Part shown: piece after piece, positions 22,046 through 30,169 of the stretch
How positions within the stretch are numbered: position 1 is the stretch's first letter
How the letters are laid out: the number at the start of each line of letters is the position of its first letter
NCBI RefSeq assembly: GCF_000017305.1
Contig: NC_009664.2
Location: 1,440,001-1,472,000, forward strand
Direction of reading: 5' to 3'
From: Kineococcus radiotolerans SRS30216 = ATCC BAA-149
Lineage (GTDB): Bacteria > Actinomycetota > Actinomycetes > Actinomycetales > Kineococcaceae
Length of the DNA: 32,000 bases
The notes under the pieces: generated by a model
Told to the model about the DNA's origin: nothing
Databases searched by the model: none
Seen by the model: only the letters and a program-made list of their open reading frames with translations
Program-made: the position numbers and the translations under genes

Positions 22046-23125
22046 ATGGCTCACGTGACCCAGCAGTCCCGCCAGCTCCTCGACGTCACCCGCATCTACT
22101 ACGAACCCGCGGCCGCCGAGCTCCCCCGGGGGCGGCAGGTGCTGGAGCGCTGGCCCGACGCCACCCTCGTGCCGGTGGAGAGCCACTGGCGCATCCCCGA
22201 GCTGCACGGCGACGAGACCAACGTCGACCGCTGGGTGCGCATCAAGCGGGAGGCGCTCGTCCTGGGGATCAAGAAGTCCCTCACCGCGAAGCCCAACGGC
22301 CGGTCCGCGGACTTCATCGCCCCCTCCACCGCCAACGGCTGCGCCATGGCCTGCGCCTACTGCTACGTCCCGCGGCGCAAGGGCTACAGCAACCCGATCA
22401 CGGTGTTCACGAACATCGAGCAGATCACCGGGTACCTGGAACGCCACGTCCACCGGCAGGGGGTCAAGCCCGAACCCAACCAGTGCGACCCGGCCAGCTG
22501 GGTCTACGACCTCGGGGAGAACAGCGACTGCTCGGTGGACGCGGAGGTCTCCGACAACGTCGACGACCTCATCGCGCTGTTCCGCGGGCTGCCGACGGCC
22601 AAGGCGTCGTTCGCGACCAAGCACGTCAACCGGCGCCTGCTGACCCTGGACCCGCAGGGCCGCACCCGCGTCCGGTTCTCCCTCATGCCCGCCCGGGTCG
22701 CGAAGCTGCTGGACGTCCGGACCTCGCCGGTGCCCGAGCGGCTGGGCGCCCTCGACGACTTCGTGGCCGCCGGGTACGAGGTGCACGTCAACCTCTCCCC
22801 CGTCGTGGTGCACGAGGACTGGCTGCCGGTGTGGGCGGCGCTGCTCGACGAGCTCGGCGACGCGACGAACGACGCGACCAAGGCGCAGCTGCAGGCCGAG
22901 GTCATCTTCCTCACCCACGAGGAGAACCTGCACCGGGTGAACCTCGGGTGGCACCCCAAGGCCGAGGACCTGCTGTGGCGGCCGGCCATGCAGGAGACCA
23001 AGCGGTCCCAGAACGGCGGCGTCAACGTCCGCTACCGCACGGGCGACAAGGGCCGCTACGTCCAGCAGCTGCTCGCGCTGATCGAGGAGCGCGCCCCCTA
23101 CCTCCGGGTGCGCTACGCCTTCTGA
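22046..23125 (+). CDS. spore-photoproduct-lyase-family radical SAM protein (SplB-like)
   Basis: 359 aa. Radical SAM triad CAMACAYC (Cx3Cx2C). The start may instead be GTG 22055, which has better spacing from ggagg. Confidence 0.85.
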   Translation: MAHVTQQSRQLLDVTRIYYEPAAAELPRGRQVLERWPDATLVPVESHWRIPELHGDETNVDRWVRIKREALVLGIKKSLTAKPNGRSADFIAPSTANGCAMACAYCYVPRRKGYSNPITVFTNIEQITGYLERHVHRQGVKPEPNQCDPASWVYDLGENSDCSVDAEVSDNVDDLIALFRGLPTAKASFATKHVNRRLLTLDPQGRTRVRFSLMPARVAKLLDVRTSPVPERLGALDDFVAAGYEVHVNLSPVVVHEDWLPVWAALLDELGDATNDATKAQLQAEVIFLTHEENLHRVNLGWHPKAEDLLWRPAMQETKRSQNGGVNVRYRTGDKGRYVQQLLALIEERAPYLRVRYAF

Positions 23126-23142
23126 GGGGTCAACCTCGGAGC

Positions 23143-23466
23143 ATGGACGAGGAGAAGGACGTGGAGCAGCGCTTCAGCGACGCCGTCAACATGACGCCGA
23201 AGGAGCTGGAGGAGTGGCTGGCCACCGACGAGTCGCAGTCCGTCGGCGTCGGCGAGGGCGAGTCCGTCGGGCACCACTCCGGCCGGCGCATCGTGGAGAT
23301 CCTGCGGACGCGGAAGGCCGACCGCACCGACGAGGACCACGAGCACATGCGGAAGGTCGCCGGCTACGTGGCCCGGCACTCGAAGCAGCGCCCGGACGGC
23401 GACGTCACCGGCACCCGGTGGCGGTACTCGCTGATGAACTGGGGCCACGACCCCCTGAAGGACTGA
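23143..23466 (+). CDS. DUF3140-like small protein
   Basis: 107 aa. FSDAVNMTPKELEEWLATDES..VG......SVGHHSGRRIVEIL..K is the pattern I associate with DUF3140. Confidence 0.7.
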   Translation: MDEEKDVEQRFSDAVNMTPKELEEWLATDESQSVGVGEGESVGHHSGRRIVEILRTRKADRTDEDHEHMRKVAGYVARHSKQRPDGDVTGTRWRYSLMNWGHDPLKD

Positions 23467-23515
23467 CCGCCTTTCGAGATGCGCTCGGCCGGACGGGTGG
23501 GCAGGGTGATCCCAG

Positions 23516-23536
23516 GCACCCGGAGACCCCGGGTGC
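23516..23536 (+). terminator. GC-rich hairpin after the DUF3140 gene
   Basis: gcacccgg (23516-23523) / agacc / ccgggtgc (23529-23536). No U-tract. Confidence 0.35.
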
Positions 23537-23590
23537 AGGCATGGAAACGCGATCACGGCGGCGCCCCGCGCGCCGCGGGAGGAGCACCGC

Positions 23591-24049
23591 ATGAGCAGTG
23601 TCATCGAGACCATCGACGTGTCTGTCCCCGTCCGCACGGTCTACAACCAGTGGACGCAGTTCGAGTCCTTCCCCGAGTTCATGGGCGGGGTGGAGCAGAT
23701 CGTCCAGACCGACGCCACCCACACCCACTGGAAGACCAAGATCGGCGGGGTCGAGCGCGAGTTCGACGCCGAGATCACCGAGCAGCACCCCGACGAGCGG
23801 GTCGCCTGGAAGAGCGTCGACGGCAAGGGCCACGCCGGTGTCGTGACCTTCCACCGCCTCGGCGACACCGAGACCCGGGTCACCGTCCAGCTGGACTGGG
23901 AGCCCGAGGGCCTCGTCGAGAAGGCCGGCGCCGCGGTCGGCGCCGACGACCGCCAGATCAAGGCGGACCTGAAGAAGTTCAAGGCGTTCATCGAGTCCCG
24001 CGGCGCGGAGACCGGCGCCTGGCGCGGGGACGTCGACCCCGCCAAGTAA
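23591..24049 (+). CDS. SRPBCC (cyclase/dehydrase, START-like) family protein
   Basis: 152 aa. VYNQWTQFESFPEFMGGVE...W.......REF.AEI.EQ.P..R.AW is typical of the polyketide_cyc2/SRPBCC family. RBS gggaggag. Confidence 0.85.
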   Translation: MSSVIETIDVSVPVRTVYNQWTQFESFPEFMGGVEQIVQTDATHTHWKTKIGGVEREFDAEITEQHPDERVAWKSVDGKGHAGVVTFHRLGDTETRVTVQLDWEPEGLVEKAGAAVGADDRQIKADLKKFKAFIESRGAETGAWRGDVDPAK

Positions 24050-24063
24050 GTCCTCCTGCTCGC

Positions 24064-24103
24064 GCGAACGGCCCGCCACCCCTCGGGGTGGCGGGCCGTT
24101 CGC
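24064..24103. terminator. bidirectional terminator hairpin
   Basis: gcgaacggcccgccaccc (24064-24081) / ctcg / gggtggcgggccgttcgc (24086-24103) forms a perfect 18-bp stem between convergent genes. Confidence 0.7.
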
Positions 24104-24274
24104 GTGGGCGGGGGACGCGCGGCGGGTGGGTGGGGACGAGGGGCGCAGGACCGGCCGGCTCGTCCCCCGCGTCCCGCGGGAGCCTCCGCTCCGGGTCCGG
24201 CCGGGGACGCACGACGGCCCGGCGGGAGGATCCCGCCGGGCCGTTCACGCGCCCCTGCCGGGGCGGTGTTTCCT

Positions 24275-24628
24275 TCAGTCGGTCACGTCGGTGACCACGT
24301 CCACGTCGGCGACCTCGGTGCGCAGCTCGGCGTGGACGACGTCCTGCCCCTGCACGCTGGTGACGCCGATCCGGACGAGCTCGACGGGCTCGACGCGCAG
24401 GGAGACCTCGGGGACCTCTTCCCGCAGGACGACGACGAGTTCGCCGTCACCCGCGGGCGCGGCGACCTCGTCGAGGTCCCCGACCGGCTCCCGGGTGATG
24501 ACCAGCTCCTCGCGGCGCACCTGGACCTCGAGGGTCCGGGTGCTGGTCACCACGCGCTTGGAGATCCGCACGCGCTCCCGGGGGACCCGGACGGTGGAGA
24601 CCGTCAGCGTCTCCGCCGACAGCACCAC
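24275..24628 (-). CDS. DUF2382 (YsnF/AvaK) domain protein
   Basis: 117 aa. The repeated E..V..E.V.v.KrvV....v-type motif (TVRVPRERVRISKRVVTSTRTLEVQVRREELVITREPV) is characteristic of DUF2382. Confidence 0.75.
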   Translation of the reverse strand: MVLSAETLTVSTVRVPRERVRISKRVVTSTRTLEVQVRREELVITREPVGDLDEVAAPAGDGELVVVLREEVPEVSLRVEPVELVRIGVTSVQGQDVVHAELRTEVADVDVVTDVTD

Positions 24629-24672
24629 CTCCGCCTCGGGTCCCCCGTGACGGTCGTCGAGCGGGTTCTCGC

Positions 24673-25596
24673 TCAGTGCCGGTCGCGGGTGGTGTTCTCC
24701 ACCCGCGCGTCGCCGTCGAGGTCGATGTGCTCCTCGCGGAGCTCGGCCTGGACGGTCTCGGTGCCCTCGACGACCTTCTTGCCGACCTGGACGCGCTCGA
24801 CCGGGACGGTCTCCTTGGCGGCGACGGCGTGCTCCTCGGTGAGCACGACCTCGTGCTCCTCCTCGGTCAGGTCCCCACCGGAGAGGGCCGCACCGCGGTT
24901 GGCCTCGGTGATGGGCTCGCGGGTCACGGTGACCTCTTCGTGGGTCACGGGAACCGTGCGGGACACGGTCTCGCTGGTGATGTACTTGCGCAGGCGAGCA
25001 CGGCCGGCCTCGCGACGCTCGGTGCCCACGTGGAGCTCTTCCTTGGACCGGGTCATCGCGTTGTCGGTGTTCGGGCCGGAGGTGTCGTGCCCCGCGCCAC
25101 CGGTGGTGGTGTCGTGGCCGACGGTCCCGGTGACGTCGCGACCGGTGGTGCTGGTGGCCTCGTAGCCGGCGGTGCCGGTCGTGCCGGTGGTGCCGGTGGT
25201 GCCGGTGGTGCCGGTGGTGCCGGTGGTGCCGGTGGTGCCGGTCGTCCCGGTGGTCCCGGTGGTGGTCGTGGTGCTGGTGCCGCCACCGACGCCGTAGTAG
25301 GCGTACAGCTCCGCCTCGTCGGACTCGCTGAGCTCGTGGCCCGGGTCGTGGTTCGGGGCGTCCTTCACGTGGGACTTGGAGAACGGCACGCGCAGGGTGT
25401 CACCGGCGTGGTCGGCCGCGGCCAGCGGGATCAGCGAGATGTTGGAGCCGAACAGGCCCGTCTTGACCGAGACCCACTCGGGCTCACCGGACTGGTTGTC
25501 CAGGTAGACGTCCTCGACCTTGCCGATCTTGTCACCGTCGTTGTCGGTCACGGTGGTGCCGAACAGCGCGTCAGCGGTGAAGGTGTTGCGAGCCAT
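24673..25596 (-). CDS. PRC-barrel plus DUF2382 (YsnF/AvaK) stress protein with a (GTT)n linker
   Basis: 307 aa from ATG 25596 with RBS gaggaag. N-terminal PRC-barrel pattern (VTDNDGDKIGKVEDVYLDNQSGEPEWVSVKTG). C-terminal DUF2382 pattern (EELHVGTERREAGRARLRKYITSE...EEVTVTREPI). Confidence 0.85.
   Translation of the reverse strand: MARNTFTADALFGTTVTDNDGDKIGKVEDVYLDNQSGEPEWVSVKTGLFGSNISLIPLAAADHAGDTLRVPFSKSHVKDAPNHDPGHELSESDEAELYAYYGVGGGTSTTTTTGTTGTTGTTGTTGTTGTTGTTGTTGTTGTAGYEATSTTGRDVTGTVGHDTTTGGAGHDTSGPNTDNAMTRSKEELHVGTERREAGRARLRKYITSETVSRTVPVTHEEVTVTREPITEANRGAALSGGDLTEEEHEVVLTEEHAVAAKETVPVERVQVGKKVVEGTETVQAELREEHIDLDGDARVENTTRDRH
25171..25260. repeat. 9-bp tandem repeat (ggtgccggt)n, about 10 units, 6 of them identical and consecutive
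   Basis: Identical units run from 25189 to 25242, with degenerate units on each side. On the minus strand the repeat encodes GTTGTTGTT... inside the PRC-barrel gene. Confidence 0.9.
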
Positions 25597-25758
25597 GGTG
25601 GCTTCCTCTCGTCGAAAGTGTTCTGGAATCGTCAGCGGTCTCACCGGACCGGTCCGAGGACCGTGACGGCTTCCTCGTCCCCACCTGCCCACCGCGGTGG
25701 TCTCCGGGTGGGCCGGTGTTCTTCGAACGTGCGGGCCCCGGGGTCGCCGGGACCGGTC

Positions 25759-25893
25759 TCAGTCCTGCGCGTCGCCCGCGGAGTCGGCCTGCTCGGCCTC
25801 TTCCGCGAAACCCGTGTCGTTGCCGTAGCCGTTCAGCGTCGGCGACTCCGCCGCTGCGTCGGTACCGGGGTCTTCTTCGGGCTGTGTCGACAT
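25759..25893 (-). CDS. 44-aa highly acidic hypothetical microprotein
   Basis: ATG 25893 is preceded by a strong RBS, gaggagga (5 nt spacer). Sequence: MSTQPEEDPGTDAAAESPTLNGYGNDTGFAEEAEQADSAGDAQD. High GC3. Confidence 0.45.
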   Translation of the reverse strand: MSTQPEEDPGTDAAAESPTLNGYGNDTGFAEEAEQADSAGDAQD

Positions 25894-26167
25894 GCGTCCT
25901 CCTCTGGCGCCGATCGCGTCGCCCGTCCCGTACCGGTCGAACCGGTGCGGTGCGGGCCCCGCGGCCTTGCGGTACCGACCGTAGGACCTCCACCGGGTGC
26001 GCGCTCGTTCAACTGACGACCGGTTCGCGATCACCCCTCCGGGCCCGCCCGGCCGCCCGGCGGGGGGCACCGGGTTCCGGTTGCCGACCCCTGCGGTCGG
26101 TGTTGGAGTGAGCCCCGCCGGGTGCAGCAGCCGCCCGGGGATCGACGAGGACGGCCGGGAGGCTGCT

Positions 26168-26971
26168 GTGACCACCACCGCCGACACGACGGCCCAGCGC
26201 AGGGCCAGCGTCGAGGACCTGGTGCTCGAGCACCTGCCGCTGGCCCGTTCCGTGGCCGCGCACTACCGCAACCGGGGCGAGCCCTACGACGACCTCGTCC
26301 AGGTCGCCTACCTCGGTCTGGTGAAGGCCGCCCAGCGCTTCGACCCCGACACCGGTCACCGCTTCGCGGCCTACGCCGCCCCCACGATCACCGGGGAGGT
26401 GCGCCGGCACTTCCGCGACCACGGGTGGAACGTCCGCCCCCCGCGCCGGTTGCAGGAGCTGCGGGCCCGCCTGCTGGCCGAGGACGCCGACACCCCCGAG
26501 GAGGTGCTCGCCCAGCGCCTCGACGCGACCGTCGCGGAGGTCCGCGCGGCCCGCCAGGCCTCCAACGCCTACTCCGCGGTGTCCCTCGACGCCGCCCACG
26601 GCCCCGAGGACGTGCCGCTGTGCGAGCTGCTCGCCGACGACGCGGACGACACCGCGGCCGTCGACGACGCGCTCACCCTGCGCCGGATCACCGCCGGCCT
26701 CGACGAGCGGGAGCGGCGGATCCTGCACCTGCGCTTCTACCGCGAGGCCACCCAGTCCGAGATCGCCGCCGAGATCGGGGTGAGCCAGATGCAGGTGTCC
26801 CGCCTGCTGGCCGCGCTGCTGCACCGGCTGCGCGACCAGCTCGACGATCAGATGCCGGTGCGCGACTCCGGCGACACGCTCGAACGGGGCCGCAGCGGGC
26901 TGCTGGCGGCGGAACCCGCGTGGTCGCGCATCCCGTCGAGCAGCTCCACCAGCACGTCCTGGGCGGCGTGA
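26168..26971 (+). CDS. SigB/SigF/SigG-type (group 3) sigma-70 factor
   Basis: 267 aa from GTG with RBS gggagg. Region 2: DDLVQVAYLGLVKAAQRFDP..G..F..YA.PTI.GE.RRHFRD. Region 4 HTH: TQSEIAAEIGVSQMQVSRLL. Confidence 0.85.
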   Translation: MTTTADTTAQRRASVEDLVLEHLPLARSVAAHYRNRGEPYDDLVQVAYLGLVKAAQRFDPDTGHRFAAYAAPTITGEVRRHFRDHGWNVRPPRRLQELRARLLAEDADTPEEVLAQRLDATVAEVRAARQASNAYSAVSLDAAHGPEDVPLCELLADDADDTAAVDDALTLRRITAGLDERERRILHLRFYREATQSEIAAEIGVSQMQVSRLLAALLHRLRDQLDDQMPVRDSGDTLERGRSGLLAAEPAWSRIPSSSSTSTSWAA

Positions 26972-27897
26972 GCGGGCTTCCAGCCCAGCACCTCGCGGGC
27001 GCGGGTGGTGTCCATGACGGGGACGCCGTAGATGAGGTCCAGCCACCCCGGCTGGACCGGGTGGACGTGGGCCCGGAAGGTGAGGTCGGTCGCGGCCCGG
27101 AACACCTTGCGGTTGACGGGGAGGTAGCGGCCCGCCTTGAACGCGGCGGCGACGTCCTCCCCGGTCAGCACCGGGTCGTCGGCGATGTTGAAGGCCCCAC
27201 CGGGAACCCGTTCCAGCATCCGGGCCAGGGCGTCGGCGAGGTCGTCGGCGTGCACGAGCTGGAAGCGCAGCCCCGCCGGCAGCGGGAGCACCGGCAGCGG
27301 GACGCGGCGGACGAGGCGGGCGGGCACGAGGGGCCCGCCGAAGTAGCGGGCGATGGCGCTGCCCGCGTCGCGCTGGAAGACCAGGCCGGGCCGGACGCGG
27401 GTGACGCGCAGCTCGGGGTGGTCGCGCTCGACGTCGTCGAGCTGGGTCTCCACGAACGCCTTCTCGCGGGAGTACTGCGAGGGGCGGATGCCGGTGGCCG
27501 GCCACGCCTCCTGCACGGGGGCGTCGTCGCTGGGGTGGGTCGCGTAGGCGCCGATGGAGGACAGGTGCACCAGGTGCGGGACCCCGGCCTGCAGGACCGC
27601 GTGCACGACCTGCCGGCTGCCGGTGACGCTGACCCGGTTCAGCTCCTGCGGGTCGCGCTGGGGCTGGATCAGCCACGCGGTGTGCACCACGGCGTCCACG
27701 CCGGCGAAGATCGCGGCCATCCTCTCCACGGATCCCGGGGCGGCGATGTCCAGCTGCTCCCACTGGACCCCGGCGTAGGGGCCCACGGGTTCGGGCAGGC
27801 GGCGGCAGATGCCGACGACCTCGACGTCCTCCCCGGCGAGGCGGCGCAGCAGCGCCGTCGAGACGTTGCCGGAGGCTCCGGTGATGGCGATGCGCAT
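26848..27897 (-). CDS. NAD-dependent epimerase/dehydratase family protein
   Basis: 349 aa. MRIAITGASGNVS (Rossmann GxxGxxG variant) and the SxnYxxxK region (PSQYSREK). Confidence 0.85.
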   Translation of the reverse strand: MRIAITGASGNVSTALLRRLAGEDVEVVGICRRLPEPVGPYAGVQWEQLDIAAPGSVERMAAIFAGVDAVVHTAWLIQPQRDPQELNRVSVTGSRQVVHAVLQAGVPHLVHLSSIGAYATHPSDDAPVQEAWPATGIRPSQYSREKAFVETQLDDVERDHPELRVTRVRPGLVFQRDAGSAIARYFGGPLVPARLVRRVPLPVLPLPAGLRFQLVHADDLADALARMLERVPGGAFNIADDPVLTGEDVAAAFKAGRYLPVNRKVFRAATDLTFRAHVHPVQPGWLDLIYGVPVMDTTRAREVLGWKPAHAAQDVLVELLDGMRDHAGSAASSPLRPRSSVSPESRTGI

Positions 27898-28029
27898 GTC
27901 AGCACACTCCCATCGTCACGGCGTCGGGCAACCCGGGGCGGTTCGTCACGGTGTTCAGCTACCCCCGTCCCGGCGGGGGAAACCGTCCTTCCGCGCGCGC
28001 AACGCCCGCCGGGGGCGTAGGACCGGGAC

Positions 28030-28914
28030 ATGCCCTTCTTGAGTTCGCTGTTCGACGCGCCCTCGCGGTGGACGAAGCTCGACCCGCTGGCCTCGCGGGC
28101 CGGGGCCACCGCCGACCGGCTGCTGCCCGGTGGCCGGGTGCGCGGGCTGCTGCACGGCCGCCCCGCCGGTCACCCGCTGCACCCCGCGATGGCGATGCTG
28201 CCGGTCGGCACCTCGGTGTCGGCGCTGCTGCTGGACGCCGCCGCGGTGCTCGTCCCCGGGGGCGCTGCCCTGGGGGCACCCGCGCGCGGGCTGGCCGCCG
28301 CCAGCGTGGCCACGGTCGCCCCGACCGCGCTGGCCGGGTGGGCGGACTACGTGGACCTCCACCGCGACCAGCAGCGCACCGCGATCGTGCACGCCGCCGG
28401 GAACGCGCTGGCCGCGACGCTGTGGACGGCGTCGCTGTTCGCGGGCCGCCGCGCCCGGCTGCTGCGCACGGCGGGGACCCTCGTCGCCGGCGGCGCGGGC
28501 GCGCTCGGCGGGCACCTCGCCTACCGGTGGGCCGCTGGCCCCAACCACGCCGAGCACCTGTTCCACCTCGCCGGCGGCGGGGAGGGGTTCTCCGACGTCG
28601 GCCCCCTGGACGACCTCCCCGAGGGCCGCCCCGCGCAGCGGTGGATCGGCGACGCCCCGCTGTGCGTGCTGCGCCGCGGTGGTTCGGTGATGGCGATCAC
28701 CGACACCTGCACCCACCTCGGGGGTCCGCTGCACGAGGGCGAGGTGGCGGGGACCGGCGAGGGGACGACGATCACCTGCCCCTGGCACGGCAGCGAGTTC
28801 CGCTTCAGCGACGGGGAGGTCCTCGACGGCCCCGCCAGCACCCCCCAGCCCACCGTGGAGACCCGGGTGGCGGACGGGCGGGTCCTGGCCCGCGTCGTCG
28901 GTCCCCCGCGGTGA
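28030..28914 (+). CDS. membrane (DUF2231-like) plus Rieske [2Fe-2S] domain fusion protein
   Basis: 294 aa. N-terminal hydrophobic helices with HPLHPAM. C-terminal Rieske ligand motifs CTHLGGPL and CPWHGSEF. Confidence 0.85.
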   Translation: MPFLSSLFDAPSRWTKLDPLASRAGATADRLLPGGRVRGLLHGRPAGHPLHPAMAMLPVGTSVSALLLDAAAVLVPGGAALGAPARGLAAASVATVAPTALAGWADYVDLHRDQQRTAIVHAAGNALAATLWTASLFAGRRARLLRTAGTLVAGGAGALGGHLAYRWAAGPNHAEHLFHLAGGGEGFSDVGPLDDLPEGRPAQRWIGDAPLCVLRRGGSVMAITDTCTHLGGPLHEGEVAGTGEGTTITCPWHGSEFRFSDGEVLDGPASTPQPTVETRVADGRVLARVVGPPR

Positions 28915-28963
28915 CCCGCACCCGCACCACCCCCACCCACCCCCGGACCGGAAGCAGGACGAC

Positions 28964-30169
28964 GTGAGAGCACTGACGTGGCAGGGCAAGCGATCGGTCA
29001 GCGTGCAGGACGTCCCCGACCCGCGGATCGTCGACCCGACGGACGCGGTCGTGCGGATCACCTCCACCGCGATCTGCGGTTCGGACCTGCACCTCTACGA
29101 GGTGCTGGGCCCGTACATGAGCAAGGGCGACGTGCTGGGCCACGAACCCATGGGCGTCGTCGAGGCCGTCGGTCCCGCCGTCGCGAACCTCCAGGTCGGC
29201 GACCGCGTCGTCATCCCGTTCAACATCTCCTGCGGGCACTGCTTCATGTGCACGCGCGGGCTGCAGAGCCAGTGCGAGACCACCCAGGTCCACGAGCAGG
29301 GTTCCGGCGCGGCGCTCTTCGGGTTTTCCTCCCTCTACGGCTCGGTGCCCGGCGGGCAGGCGGAGTACCTGCGCGTCCCGCACGCCGACTACGGCCCGGT
29401 GAAGGTCGGCCGCGAGGGCGACGGGGGCCTGCCCGACGACCGGTACCTGTTCCTCTCCGACATCGTCCCCACCGCCTGGCAGGGCGTGCAGTACGCCGAC
29501 GTCCCCGACGGCGGCACCCTCGCCGTCCTCGGCCTGGGCCCCGTGGGCCAGTTCGCCGCCCGCATCGGGCGCCACCTCGGCTACGAGGTCATCGGCGTGG
29601 ACCCCGTCGCCGAGCGCCGGCAGATGGCCCAGCGCCACGGGGTGACCGCGATCGACCTCACCGACGGCGACGCCGACGTCGTCACCCAACTGCGCGAGCG
29701 CACCGACGGCCGCGGGCCGGACGCCGTCCTCGACGCCGTCGGGATGGAGGCCCACGGCGGCGCCGAGGGCGCCGTCGCGAAGGCCGCGCAGACCGCGGTG
29801 GGGCTGCTGCCGGACGCGCTGGCGCAGAAGGTCACCGAGACCGCCGGCGTCGACCGCCTGTGGGCAGTGCGCTCGGCGGTGGAGGCGGTCCGCCGCGGCG
29901 GGACGGTCTCGCTCTCCGGGGTGTACGGCGGGGAGGCGGACCCGCTGCCGATGAAGACGATGTTCGACAAGCAGCTGCAGTTCCGCATGGGGCAGTGCAA
30001 CGTGCGGCGCTGGATCGACGACCTGCTGCCGCTGGTGGAGGACCCCGCCGACCCCCTCGGCGTGGAGGACCTCACCACCCACCGGGTGTCCCTGGAGGAC
30101 GCCCCGGACGCCTACGAGATGTTCCAGGAGAAGCGGGACGGGTGCATCAAGGTCGTCATCACCCCCTGA
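28964..30169 (+). CDS. zinc-dependent alcohol dehydrogenase (glutathione-independent formaldehyde dehydrogenase-like)
   Basis: 401 aa. AICGSDLHLY, GHEPMGVV, structural-zinc segment CGHCFMCTRGLQSQC, and GLGPVG. Confidence 0.9.
   Translation: MRALTWQGKRSVSVQDVPDPRIVDPTDAVVRITSTAICGSDLHLYEVLGPYMSKGDVLGHEPMGVVEAVGPAVANLQVGDRVVIPFNISCGHCFMCTRGLQSQCETTQVHEQGSGAALFGFSSLYGSVPGGQAEYLRVPHADYGPVKVGREGDGGLPDDRYLFLSDIVPTAWQGVQYADVPDGGTLAVLGLGPVGQFAARIGRHLGYEVIGVDPVAERRQMAQRHGVTAIDLTDGDADVVTQLRERTDGRGPDAVLDAVGMEAHGGAEGAVAKAAQTAVGLLPDALAQKVTETAGVDRLWAVRSAVEAVRRGGTVSLSGVYGGEADPLPMKTMFDKQLQFRMGQCNVRRWIDDLLPLVEDPADPLGVEDLTTHRVSLEDAPDAYEMFQEKRDGCIKVVITP

Noticed and set aside
25171-25260. Possible CRISPR array or other non-coding repeat
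   Set aside because: The units are 9 bp, contiguous and without spacers, and they lie in-frame within a well-supported gene, encoding (GTT)n. This is a coding tandem repeat, not CRISPR.
26060-26167. SigB/SigF-type autoregulatory promoter upstream of the sigma gene (ggtt-N16-ggtgtt), and a similar weak match upstream of the 44-aa ORF (ggttc-N14-gggcga)
   Set aside because: The matches to GTTT-N15-17-GGGTA(T) are only partial, and such G-rich strings are expected by chance at this GC content.
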